From: a virus | Lineage: Duplodnaviria > Caudoviricetes | DNA: 64,000 nt | Direction: 5' to 3' (one strand) | IMG/VR virus record: IMGVR_UViG_3300028886_000060 | Location: 1 to 64,000 of that record | Part shown: positions 1 through 8,400 of the stretch, one piece after another | Numbering within the stretch: the first letter of the stretch is position 1 | Layout: the number at the start of each line of letters is the position of its first letter | Position numbers and translations under genes: made by a program | Notes under the pieces: model-generated | What the model was told of the DNA's origin: nothing | The model's database searches: none | The model's input: the letters and a program-made list of their open reading frames with translations, nothing else

Positions 1-500
1 GAGAGATTGGGTACATCGTTTGATGAAAGACCAAGAACGGTAACAAATTCATTGTCATCTTCTTCCGGATCTTCAACGATGTAAGTATCAAACATATTTT
101 CTGATAACAGGGTATCGAGATTATTGTTTGATAACATCTCAACCAGCATGCTTATAACGTATAACTGATTCTCAAGATCATCGAATGATGTTATATCATT
201 GACTTCTATATTGAGCTTCTGTTTGATATCATTAAGATCCTTTACGAGTTCACTCAATACATATGTAGCAATGATCTTCTTGAGATCTTGTTTACTCGGC
301 ATATCTTCTCCAAGGTATTGACCATATTCTTCAATACAATCAAGAGCATCTTGAAGATTCTCGAGTATATCATCTTTCTTAGCTTGCCAATCATATGTCT
401 CAATGAATATAGCATCACCAGAAAGAGACTGTAGATCTTCAACGAAGTTATATGATACACCAGCATACTGTTCAAAGAAGTTATATATCTCAGGCCACAT
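1..500 (-). CDS. hypothetical acidic protein, truncated at the window edge (MWPEIYNFFEQYAGVS...)
   Basis: Read by hand: SD AGGAGGTG upstream of ATG at 500 and frame open to position 1. The track ORF 254..508 is in a different, probably wrong, frame. Confidence 0.75.
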   Translation of the reverse strand, partial: MWPEIYNFFEQYAGVSYNFVEDLQSLSGDAIFIETYDWQAKKDDILENLQDALDCIEEYGQYLGEDMPSKQDLKKIIATYVLSELVKDLNDIKQKLNIEVNDITSFDDLENQLYVISMLVEMLSNNNLDTLLSENMFDTYIVEDPEEDDNEFVTVLGLSSNDVPNL

Positions 501-519
501 GACCACATTCACCTCCTTT

Positions 520-538
520 CGTATAAATGATATGTGTA
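520..538 (-). promoter_or_regulatory. early-type phage promoter motif
   Basis: Minus strand reads TACACATATCATTTATACG, a variant of the motif repeated ahead of minus-strand gene blocks. Confidence 0.6.
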
Positions 539-542
539 TTCA

Positions 543-2477
543 TCAAATGAATACCATTCTTGCTGGACGGAAGCCACCAGGAACGTCAGCAACATAAACA
601 TCAAATGCATCAAGCAATTGCTTAAACGGCATGAGAAGTTTATCTGTTGCATATTCTATGTCGATTACAGGTTTAATCCATTCAGGGATTGAATGATAAT
701 GTTCAGGAATACAGATGTAGGGATCATTTTTCTCATCCTGATTATCAATCAATGACAAACGAAGTATTTCTGCAATCTGCGGATAATCGTTTTGATGTTC
801 TTTAAGTAATGCAAACGACAGAGGTATTACACGAACACGATCCATCGGAAGCATTTCTTCATCAGTCATAATATTATTCCAAACAATAGCTCCTCTCATC
901 TGAGCTGGAAGAACCTTTGTCTGGTCATATGCTGATATATCCTTGAGACCCATGACTTTGAAATATGATGGATCATGATCCAACTCACTGAGGAGTTTAT
1001 TTCTTAAAGCATAATACTTATCAAGTACATTGCTTATTGAAACCTGATCACATGTTAAGATATCCTTGTCATATATGTCAACCATGATTGGTTCAAGGAA
1101 TTCTGCCGCATCACGTTTCTTGAATGATAATCCAGATACAGCAATCTCATGAGGATTACGAGGATTTCCTTCTTGAACGAACATTGATGAGGCATACATC
1201 TTCTTTGCCAACAGAGCCATTGACAAGAATGCAAACTCATTCTTGAATACAAACTTATCACGATAATATTTATCATTGATATTGCAGAATGTTGCTATAT
1301 CTTCTACCATTCTTGGAATGATATGTTCAATGAATAATCTCATACCAAACGCTGAAGATACAATACATTGATCTCTAAAGACACCTGCATTATTAGCCTG
1401 GAAATCGGCTATGTAATGAGCAAACTGTACCATGAGTGAATCTGTATCGGTTACACATACAATGAGTCTATCCATTTCAGCAGCGCGTATTTCTACATCG
1501 TTTAATATGAATGGATATACACAGTTGTCAACTATTATCTTCGAAACCTTTTCAATAGTATCAGCAATCTCTTCAGGAGGTTTAACTCCATAACCACATC
1601 TATGAACAGACTCCTTTGTTATATTTTCCATATCAATCTGATTATCAATAAGATAACTCATTATCTGTCCAATCTCGCTGCTAACATACTTTCTTAATAC
1701 AAGACGTATATTAAATGATAACATAAGCTTTGTAAGATCATCATCTGATAATGTTGAAAGATATAAATGAACAGTTCTTCTGTCTGCACCTGATACATTG
1801 TTGGTTCTTGATAATAACCATTCTGTTACTTCATCAACAGAATATCTATCCTTGATAAGGACTCTGTCTTCACGTTTATCTTCCAAAACCGTGAATATCA
1901 AATCGAATAATTCATTGACATTATTCAATTTAGACCACTGATTATTGTTCTCAGAAATGAACTCCAAACAGCAGATTAAGCTCGTGGTTATGTTTTTCGC
2001 ACTGCCTGTAGTGGCAGGAGGAAGATAACACGAATAGAATGGTGATAACGGTGTACCAGACCCGCCGTAATCGGCATTCATGATAACCTTTATTGACAGC
2101 TGTCCAATATTGCAGTTCGTATATTCGACGGATCCTTTTTGGTATCCATACATTTCTTTCTTTTTCTTTTTACGGTTCGCTTGTAATTTCTCTAACATTT
2201 TAACAGTAGGAGCTAAATACTCCGCGTGTTGTTTGAAGAACGTTCCGTTTCCAGAAATGATTGGGTTACGATTTTCGATCCATTCGAATGTATCAACCAT
2301 TGTCGTTTCAAGAGTTTCATGTGTGATGTTATTATGCATCGTACATGGAATGTTTCTCAAACGATCATTTACAATTTTTGATACCATCGATCTGACCATA
2401 TTTGGATCAACATTTGGGTGAGTCCTTATGTACATATCAGCAACTCTGTTCTGATATCTTTCTACAATGGTACTCAC
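543..2477 (-). CDS. family B DNA polymerase subunit (split, phiKZ/AR9 type)
   Basis: Motif B-like KVIMNADYG, motif C VTDTDS, and KNEF...KKMYA...GLSFKK. No exonuclease domain or clear motif A, consistent with split jumbo-phage PolB. Confidence 0.85.
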   Translation of the reverse strand: MSTIVERYQNRVADMYIRTHPNVDPNMVRSMVSKIVNDRLRNIPCTMHNNITHETLETTMVDTFEWIENRNPIISGNGTFFKQHAEYLAPTVKMLEKLQANRKKKKKEMYGYQKGSVEYTNCNIGQLSIKVIMNADYGGSGTPLSPFYSCYLPPATTGSAKNITTSLICCLEFISENNNQWSKLNNVNELFDLIFTVLEDKREDRVLIKDRYSVDEVTEWLLSRTNNVSGADRRTVHLYLSTLSDDDLTKLMLSFNIRLVLRKYVSSEIGQIMSYLIDNQIDMENITKESVHRCGYGVKPPEEIADTIEKVSKIIVDNCVYPFILNDVEIRAAEMDRLIVCVTDTDSLMVQFAHYIADFQANNAGVFRDQCIVSSAFGMRLFIEHIIPRMVEDIATFCNINDKYYRDKFVFKNEFAFLSMALLAKKMYASSMFVQEGNPRNPHEIAVSGLSFKKRDAAEFLEPIMVDIYDKDILTCDQVSISNVLDKYYALRNKLLSELDHDPSYFKVMGLKDISAYDQTKVLPAQMRGAIVWNNIMTDEEMLPMDRVRVIPLSFALLKEHQNDYPQIAEILRLSLIDNQDEKNDPYICIPEHYHSIPEWIKPVIDIEYATDKLLMPFKQLLDAFDVYVADVPGGFRPARMVFI

Positions 2478-2517
2478 TTAATCACATCCTTTCTTTAATA
2501 TTTTGGAGGGAAGTCTT

Positions 2518-2682
2518 ATGCCTAATAATCAATCACTTGATTACAATGATCTTGACAATAAGCCCTCCATAAATGGAGTAGAACTTACCTCCGATATGGA
2601 GCTTGCGGACATAGGAATACTCGAAATGACACCCGAAATGGTAAATGAGATTTTTCTCGAAACATTCGGATATCTATTGTAA
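2518..2682 (+). CDS. 54-aa microprotein with a tail-fibre-like DYNDLDNKPSINGVEL motif
   Basis: SD GGAGGG, ATG at 2518, TAA at 2680-2682; below the track size cutoff. Confidence 0.7.
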   Translation: MPNNQSLDYNDLDNKPSINGVELTSDMELADIGILEMTPEMVNEIFLETFGYLL

Positions 2683-2783
2683 AGTAGATCCTATTTTTGA
2701 ATTGATTTTGGACACTATTGTCCGTATCAATAGAATGATATATTTATATCAAAAAATAATATTTGAAAAGGAGTTCTGATGCT

Positions 2784-5438
2784 ATGCTTGAATATATCAA
2801 ATCACAGATTAGAGAGCGTAACAACGCTGCTAAGCCAGTACAGGAATCAGTAGAACCTGCTGATGTACCAAATGATGTAATCATGGAATATGCACATCTT
2901 TTCCAGGAACTTGATGAGTCTCTTTCTGAAGAAGGTTCATGGGAAGGTGAAAGAAAACTTGGTGTTGATATTCCTTTGGATGATGATACCGAGATTGAAT
3001 CCATTGAGTTAAATCTCGATGGTCGTGTAGAAGACATTCCCGGTGATGCAGAAGCACCATCAGTAACTGAGGAATATGCGACTATGAAGACTTATGATAA
3101 GTTCTTCGCTGAAGCTGCTCAACAGGTAGCAAGACTTCCTCGTGAATCAGATGATGCTTATTGTAAGCGTGTTTCGAAGCTTGCTGATAAGATGTATACT
3201 GAATACTGTGTTGATGCCGAGAAGATCGGTGCTTTCGGTTTCAGAAAATATGATATCACTGATGAGTGTGTTCCTTCTAAGATCAAGGTAAACTTTGGTG
3301 CTATCTCTCAGGGTTCTGATGAGTCATATGTTGGAAAGGTAAATACATTCTTTGCAACAGATGCAGATCATAAGATCACTAAGAAGCAGCTTGATTCTGT
3401 TCGTCTTGTGCAGGATGGTGCTTTAAAGAATATAGGTCCTTCACTCATGTCTTACATGGAGAGCAAATATGATGTACCTTCTGGTTCATCTGTTTGGGAC
3501 GTATGTACACCTACCAATATCATCGTTCCTAAGGGTAATGGTGATTCATTCTGTGTTGTACTTGAATACATGAATGAGATTACAAACCAGAAGGAATACT
3601 TTGGTTGGTCAAGACCTGTAAGAGAAGATATCGATACTGATTATGAAAAGATCAATATGGAATCTTTCGTAAATGAAACCCATTATGAAAACAAGGAAAC
3701 TGTAATCCAGGAAGCTGCTACAGCTGTTGAAGTTGTAGAAAAACCCAAGAAGAGGTTTTCTCGTTTCTTCCAGGAAGCTATCGACATGGGTACTGGCGAT
3801 GCTGGTGCTGATACTGACAACGGTGGTAATGCCGCTGAACCTCCTCCGATAGATGGTGATGCTGGTAGTGCTGATCAGGCTACTGATACTGGTAATGCTG
3901 ATGCTACAGCAACAGACACAGAACAGTCTTCTGATGATGCTTCTAAGGAAACAGCTGCTGTTAACAATGTATCTTCTGAGATAGCAGAGAAGGTTGCTGA
4001 TTCAACTCAGGCTGATGCTACTGGTGATGATGAACAGATTACTTTCCCTGACGAGACTTCTGGCGATACAGGTTCAACTGATAGCGGTGATTCTTCTGTA
4101 AGCTTTGATTCTTCTGATACCGGTGCTGATGATACTTCTATGGATGAAGGTGAATCAGTTGATGATCAGCTCGATGACCTTGATAATACTAATACTGAAG
4201 GTGATGAACTCGGTGATGAAGAAGGTCTTGAGGGAGATGAAGACGGTAGCATAGAAAATGATGGCGACATAGATAGTATGTCTATGGAAGAAATCATGAA
4301 TAATGCTTCTGATAAGCTTAAGAATATGCCTCTCAGTGAACTCAAAGAGTTCCTTGCTAATGGTGAGAATACTTCAGCAGACTTCCAGGAAGCTTTTATT
4401 CTTACAAAAAAGAATATAAACAAGGAAGTTGATGTTCGTCTTAGAAAGTGTCTCGGTATACTTAATGACAATAAGATGAATATCGATAAGCTCATGAAGA
4501 AGTTTAAGTTTGAGGGACATTCTCTCAATAGAGTCCTCATAAAGGCTTCTAAGGCATCTGATGTATATTCATCTGATGAACAGAATGATCTTAAGAAACT
4601 TAACTCGACTCTTGGTGAACTCATGGTATCTCTTAAGAAGTCAAATGATTCTTCATATGTTTCATCTGTTAAGAGAAAGATTGAAGCATTCACAAAGCAG
4701 AGTAAGGTTGTAGCTGCTTTCGTTGAAGATAAGATGGAGAAACCTGTTCAGGAAGGTTTTGTTCAGGAGGGATTATTCCTGTCTTCTAACAATGCTAAGA
4801 AGCGCCTCGGAAGAAAATTATCTCCTGTCCATTCTGATCTGTCATCAATTGTTTCTGCTGGTGATAATGGTACATTTACAAAGGGTAAGCTGAATAAAAT
4901 GTACAAACCCACAAAGAGAACTTGGGGTTACGATCCAGGATCTAATGGCGGAATTACAACATCAAAAGATTATGATGTGAACACACCACAGAGTGAAAAC
5001 ATAAATGATCTTCAGAGGATCCTTTCTAAGATAATAAGAAAACCTAAGGTTCAAACAGCATTCAATAACGAAGAAATCAGTATGATATCAGATCTCAATG
5101 ATTTACTTGATGATCTCGTTGATATGATTGAAGCTGTTATATACGATAACAGCGGTTCTGATAACAAGATAGTTCTTGATAAGATCGTTACTACATCAAA
5201 GAAGATATTGGCTATTATAGACAATCTGGATCAAGCATGTTCTGTTATGAATGATTCTCCAGAAATCCCTACGGGTGATAAAGGTGAAGAAGAGACACCT
5301 ATGGATGTAGAAACAACTGATGATATTGATACTGGTGAAGCTACCGAGGACACAACTGATGCTACGGAAGAATCCGGTGACGACACAACCGAAACCGAAA
5401 CAGAAGATGAAGAGAAAGAGGAAGGAGAAGATGAATAA
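2784..5438 (+). CDS. large acidic virion head/internal protein, probably protease-processed
   Basis: SD AAGGAG before ATG at 2784 (the track starts at TTG 2763). D/E-rich linkers and seven (V/F/I)QE motifs. Confidence 0.6.
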   Translation: MLEYIKSQIRERNNAAKPVQESVEPADVPNDVIMEYAHLFQELDESLSEEGSWEGERKLGVDIPLDDDTEIESIELNLDGRVEDIPGDAEAPSVTEEYATMKTYDKFFAEAAQQVARLPRESDDAYCKRVSKLADKMYTEYCVDAEKIGAFGFRKYDITDECVPSKIKVNFGAISQGSDESYVGKVNTFFATDADHKITKKQLDSVRLVQDGALKNIGPSLMSYMESKYDVPSGSSVWDVCTPTNIIVPKGNGDSFCVVLEYMNEITNQKEYFGWSRPVREDIDTDYEKINMESFVNETHYENKETVIQEAATAVEVVEKPKKRFSRFFQEAIDMGTGDAGADTDNGGNAAEPPPIDGDAGSADQATDTGNADATATDTEQSSDDASKETAAVNNVSSEIAEKVADSTQADATGDDEQITFPDETSGDTGSTDSGDSSVSFDSSDTGADDTSMDEGESVDDQLDDLDNTNTEGDELGDEEGLEGDEDGSIENDGDIDSMSMEEIMNNASDKLKNMPLSELKEFLANGENTSADFQEAFILTKKNINKEVDVRLRKCLGILNDNKMNIDKLMKKFKFEGHSLNRVLIKASKASDVYSSDEQNDLKKLNSTLGELMVSLKKSNDSSYVSSVKRKIEAFTKQSKVVAAFVEDKMEKPVQEGFVQEGLFLSSNNAKKRLGRKLSPVHSDLSSIVSAGDNGTFTKGKLNKMYKPTKRTWGYDPGSNGGITTSKDYDVNTPQSENINDLQRILSKIIRKPKVQTAFNNEEISMISDLNDLLDDLVDMIEAVIYDNSGSDNKIVLDKIVTTSKKILAIIDNLDQACSVMNDSPEIPTGDKGEEETPMDVETTDDIDTGEATEDTTDATEESGDDTTETETEDEEKEEGEDE

Positions 5439-6259
5439 TGGCTGATGTAAAGAATCTTTTAGATTCAATTATTGATGGCACTAATAATTCATATCCTGTC
5501 GGTGGTGGCAAAGGTCCTGTATACGACAAGGAAACAGTTGGTGCTTATAACACTCATAACAACTTCCATCCTCAGACATTTGACAGAGGAAAGTTCAAGG
5601 AAAAGTTAAGTCTGTATGTTCTCCATGATCTGGTTGGAGCAATGATGCATGATGAAACTACTGACCTTGATAATATGATCGATGAGTCTATTATGAGACA
5701 TATCCAGAATAACTATAACGGTTCTTGCTATAGCTATCTCTGTAATGCTCGCGATCGTCTTAAGAGTCCTCTTCTTGCTGATGTAATTCAGGAAGTTGAT
5801 GCTAAGACTGATGAGGTTGAAGATGAACTCGAATCCACAAAGGATGACGATACTCTCAACTTCGAAATCAATATCAAGGATCTCTTGAAGGATGTTGTTG
5901 ATTACGATGACTTCCGTGATAAGCTCAAAGAGCAGGTATCAAAGAAAGTCGTTGATGACGTCGCAGGCGTAATCACTCAAAGAAATGATGCTCCTGTATT
6001 CGATGATCTTGACGAAGAGCTTAAGAAAAAAGATGCTGACGAGGTTGAGGAAGAGAAAGATAATGGTGAAGACCATACAACTGAATCTGTTATTTTGAGA
6101 CTTTCCGGTGCACTCGTTACTGAGTATGCTATCGATAAGCAGGAACTTGCTGTTGAGGATAGTATCAACATGGCAATAGTTGAATATTGTCTTAACGAGC
6201 TCGACTACTGCTTCAAGGCAGAGCCGAAGATCTCTATGTACGCAAGACACAAGATCTAA
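5438..6259 (+). CDS. acidic hypothetical, probable virion/head protein
   Basis: 273-aa ORF coupled to the upstream gene (TAATG overlap). Confidence 0.6.
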   Translation: MADVKNLLDSIIDGTNNSYPVGGGKGPVYDKETVGAYNTHNNFHPQTFDRGKFKEKLSLYVLHDLVGAMMHDETTDLDNMIDESIMRHIQNNYNGSCYSYLCNARDRLKSPLLADVIQEVDAKTDEVEDELESTKDDDTLNFEINIKDLLKDVVDYDDFRDKLKEQVSKKVVDDVAGVITQRNDAPVFDDLDEELKKKDADEVEEEKDNGEDHTTESVILRLSGALVTEYAIDKQELAVEDSINMAIVEYCLNELDYCFKAEPKISMYARHKI

Positions 6260-6269
6260 AGAAGAAAAA

Positions 6270-6295
6270 GAGGTGGGGGATTAATCCCCCACCTC
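6270..6295. terminator. bidirectional hairpin terminator
   Basis: GAGGTGGGGGA-TTAA-TCCCCCACCTC between convergent genes. Confidence 0.7.
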
Positions 6296-6673
6296 CTCTT
6301 CTGCATCGTCCTTTTTAGGCACGATCTTCGGTGTCGCCGTTGCGGCGACTACCATGTCTAACTTAGCATCAAGTGCCGAGAGGTTTATTGAATTTACTCT
6401 CATTTCAAGTTCATTGACCTTGTCAGCAATGAGATTGAGACGCTGCTCCGTCATAGTTTCAAGCGCTCTCATCTTCTTCTTTGTGAGGATTGTATCAATG
6501 AAACTTGCTCCAGCTGCTACAACGAGACCGCCTTCTAACAGTGCCAATTCGATGCGCTGCTGCTTAACTACCTTAGCAAGTTTGATAGTCTTCTTGAAAT
6601 GCACGATATGTGCTGATGCATCAAGACTTGCTCCTGTAATAATCAATATTGCCCCTGTGACCGGATCAATCAT
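6281..6673 (-). CDS. hypothetical membrane-associated coiled-coil protein
   Basis: SD GGAGG before MIDPVTGAILII; two hydrophobic stretches followed by a coiled coil. Confidence 0.65.
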   Translation of the reverse strand: MIDPVTGAILIITGASLDASAHIVHFKKTIKLAKVVKQQRIELALLEGGLVVAAGASFIDTILTKKKMRALETMTEQRLNLIADKVNELEMRVNSINLSALDAKLDMVVAATATPKIVPKKDDAEEEVGD

Positions 6674-6953
6674 TTTCAGATCCTCCATCATAATACGCAT
6701 CGAGTCTGTCATTAAGCTCGTCTGTACGCTTTTCAAGATCAACGGCCTTCTCAGTTATTGTTCCGATCTTCTTGTACTCACGCTTTGTATAAACACGAGC
6801 ACCGATAGCGGCTGCTACTGCGGTAACCGCACCTGTCCACCCGAAGACCTTTGTCATCCTTTCGGCCTTCTTTCTCTTCTTTGCATTCTCATTGCAATTG
6901 AGGATATTGATTGTGGTTTCCTTTACTGAATGAATTACTGTTTTTGCACTCAT
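6666..6953 (-). CDS. hypothetical single-TM coiled-coil protein
   Basis: SD AAGGAGGT before MSAKTVIHSV; hydrophobic segment VFGWTGAVTAVAAAIGA. Confidence 0.7.
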   Translation of the reverse strand: MSAKTVIHSVKETTINILNCNENAKKRKKAERMTKVFGWTGAVTAVAAAIGARVYTKREYKKIGTITEKAVDLEKRTDELNDRLDAYYDGGSEND

Positions 6954-7007
6954 TGTGAGTACCTCCTTAAGGATTAATAATAGTATAACGAGACGTCTCT
7001 CATTATC

Positions 7008-7026
7008 CATATTAATAATATCTATA
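7008..7026 (-). promoter_or_regulatory. early-type phage promoter motif
   Basis: Minus strand reads TATAGATATTATTAATATG. Confidence 0.7.
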
Positions 7027-7044
7027 TAAAAAATAAAAATAAAA

Positions 7045-7061
7045 GATATATTATTATTACG
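7045..7061 (+). promoter_or_regulatory. early-type promoter variant, divergent
   Basis: GATATATTATTATTACG directly before SD AAAGGAGG of ORF 7078. Confidence 0.5.
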
Positions 7062-7077
7062 AAAGGAGGAATGATAT

Positions 7078-7677
7078 ATGTCAAATATATCATTGGAAGA
7101 GGCCAAAGCAATGGTATCTCCAGAAGCAATTGCAAGATTGAAGAATGTGGTAACTCCGAAACCAATCATCAATATGGATGCAAAAGTAAATAATGATATC
7201 ATCATGTCTGCATTATGTACAGCAGTAAACAATGGTGTTATCAAGCAAGCATCTCTGGATGATCGTTTAATCAAGCTATTGAATTCTTCAACAAACACAC
7301 TATCCGCTGCTAAGCTCGGAAGTATCTTGTCTCATATAAGAGAGACACAACCTAACATGGCTTGTGTTATCACATTGATGGAACCTGATATGTCTACATG
7401 GATCGAGGGGTGGACATTCACAGGTCCTACTGTATACTTCAATAAGATTTTTGAGTATGTTATTGATTATTTCGATATCACTCCATCTATTATAAGAAGC
7501 AAAATGACTGAGATGCTAAAACCTACGATAGTTAATAATGTAGCTCAGTTAGTTGCTAAGTATAATAGTATTGAAAGTGAAGAAGAAAGAAAGAAAATAA
7601 CTATCAGCATCTCAACAATAACACGACTGGTTAATATGTCAGGATATTTATTGATAGCAGAATTCAAAAATATATGA
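7078..7677 (+). CDS. hypothetical protein
   Basis: 199-aa ORF with strong SD AAGGAGG. Confidence 0.75.
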   Translation: MSNISLEEAKAMVSPEAIARLKNVVTPKPIINMDAKVNNDIIMSALCTAVNNGVIKQASLDDRLIKLLNSSTNTLSAAKLGSILSHIRETQPNMACVITLMEPDMSTWIEGWTFTGPTVYFNKIFEYVIDYFDITPSIIRSKMTEMLKPTIVNNVAQLVAKYNSIESEEERKKITISISTITRLVNMSGYLLIAEFKNI

Positions 7678-7946
7678 GGTGTATACACGTGGTAGGAAGA
7701 AACAAAATAAGTTTCGTGAAAACGAATAGTACTGAACACATTTTATTCGTTGATGAATTATCAACGCCGATAATCAATCCATGCGTCATTAATCAAATGA
7801 CAAATACTTGGTCAAAACCTTTGATGAACAATGTAAGAAAGCAATTATATTTCATACAAAAACGACAGATGATTCAAAGATGCAAGTATAGAATAAGTAT
7901 GGATGATTTAATAAAAGAATTAGAATCGAGTTATCGGGGGCATTAA
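7674..7946 (+). CDS. hypothetical protein
   Basis: ATGA overlap with the upstream ORF; ends in a hairpin terminator. Confidence 0.55.
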   Translation: MRCIHVVGRNKISFVKTNSTEHILFVDELSTPIINPCVINQMTNTWSKPLMNNVRKQLYFIQKRQMIQRCKYRISMDDLIKELESSYRGH

Positions 7947-7952
7947 GCCCCC
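7936..7952. terminator. bidirectional hairpin terminator
   Basis: GGGGGC-ATTAA-GCCCCC between convergent ORFs. Confidence 0.65.
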
Positions 7953-7958
7953 ATATAC

Positions 7959-8222
7959 TCATCTTTTTCTTTTTACATTATCAACGATCTGTTTCAAATC
8001 ACTGATGAATTCGTTTAATTGATGAACTTCATATCTTATCAAATGATTTATTTGAGCAGATGTTAGTTCAATATCAAGACCTTCCTTTACGGTCTTATAT
8101 AATAATTCTGCTCTAAAAGCAAGATTATCTTTGGAAGGATTATATATAACATAATTCAACTCTACAGGATGATCTACTATGTCGTCTAAACAAACAAATG
8201 TATTTGGATTATTTTTTATCAT
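7959..8222 (-). CDS. hypothetical protein
   Basis: SD AAGGAGGTG before MIKNNPNT. Confidence 0.65.
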   Translation of the reverse strand: MIKNNPNTFVCLDDIVDHPVELNYVIYNPSKDNLAFRAELLYKTVKEGLDIELTSAQINHLIRYEVHQLNEFISDLKQIVDNVKRKR

Positions 8223-8400
8223 TGTTATCACCTCCTTGGACTGATTGGTAATCGTCAGCTGTTTCTTTTTTACAATCACATGATTCACCGGGATCTAAAT
8301 TAGCTCCACAGTAAGGACATGTCCAGTAGTATGTGTCTCTCATGAATTGTTACACCTCTTTCATTCAAAGTTGACAAATTTTAGTAAAGGAGAATATAAT

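Noticed and set aside
254-508. Track ORF of 84 aa
   Set aside because: An alternative frame starting at 500 has better SD spacing and stays open to the window edge.
4166-4693. Antisense shadow ORFs (this one, and 6354..6929, 57768..58346, 62781..63182)
   Set aside because: They overlap well-supported genes on the opposite strand or in another frame, lack SD sites, and have composition typical of shadow frames.
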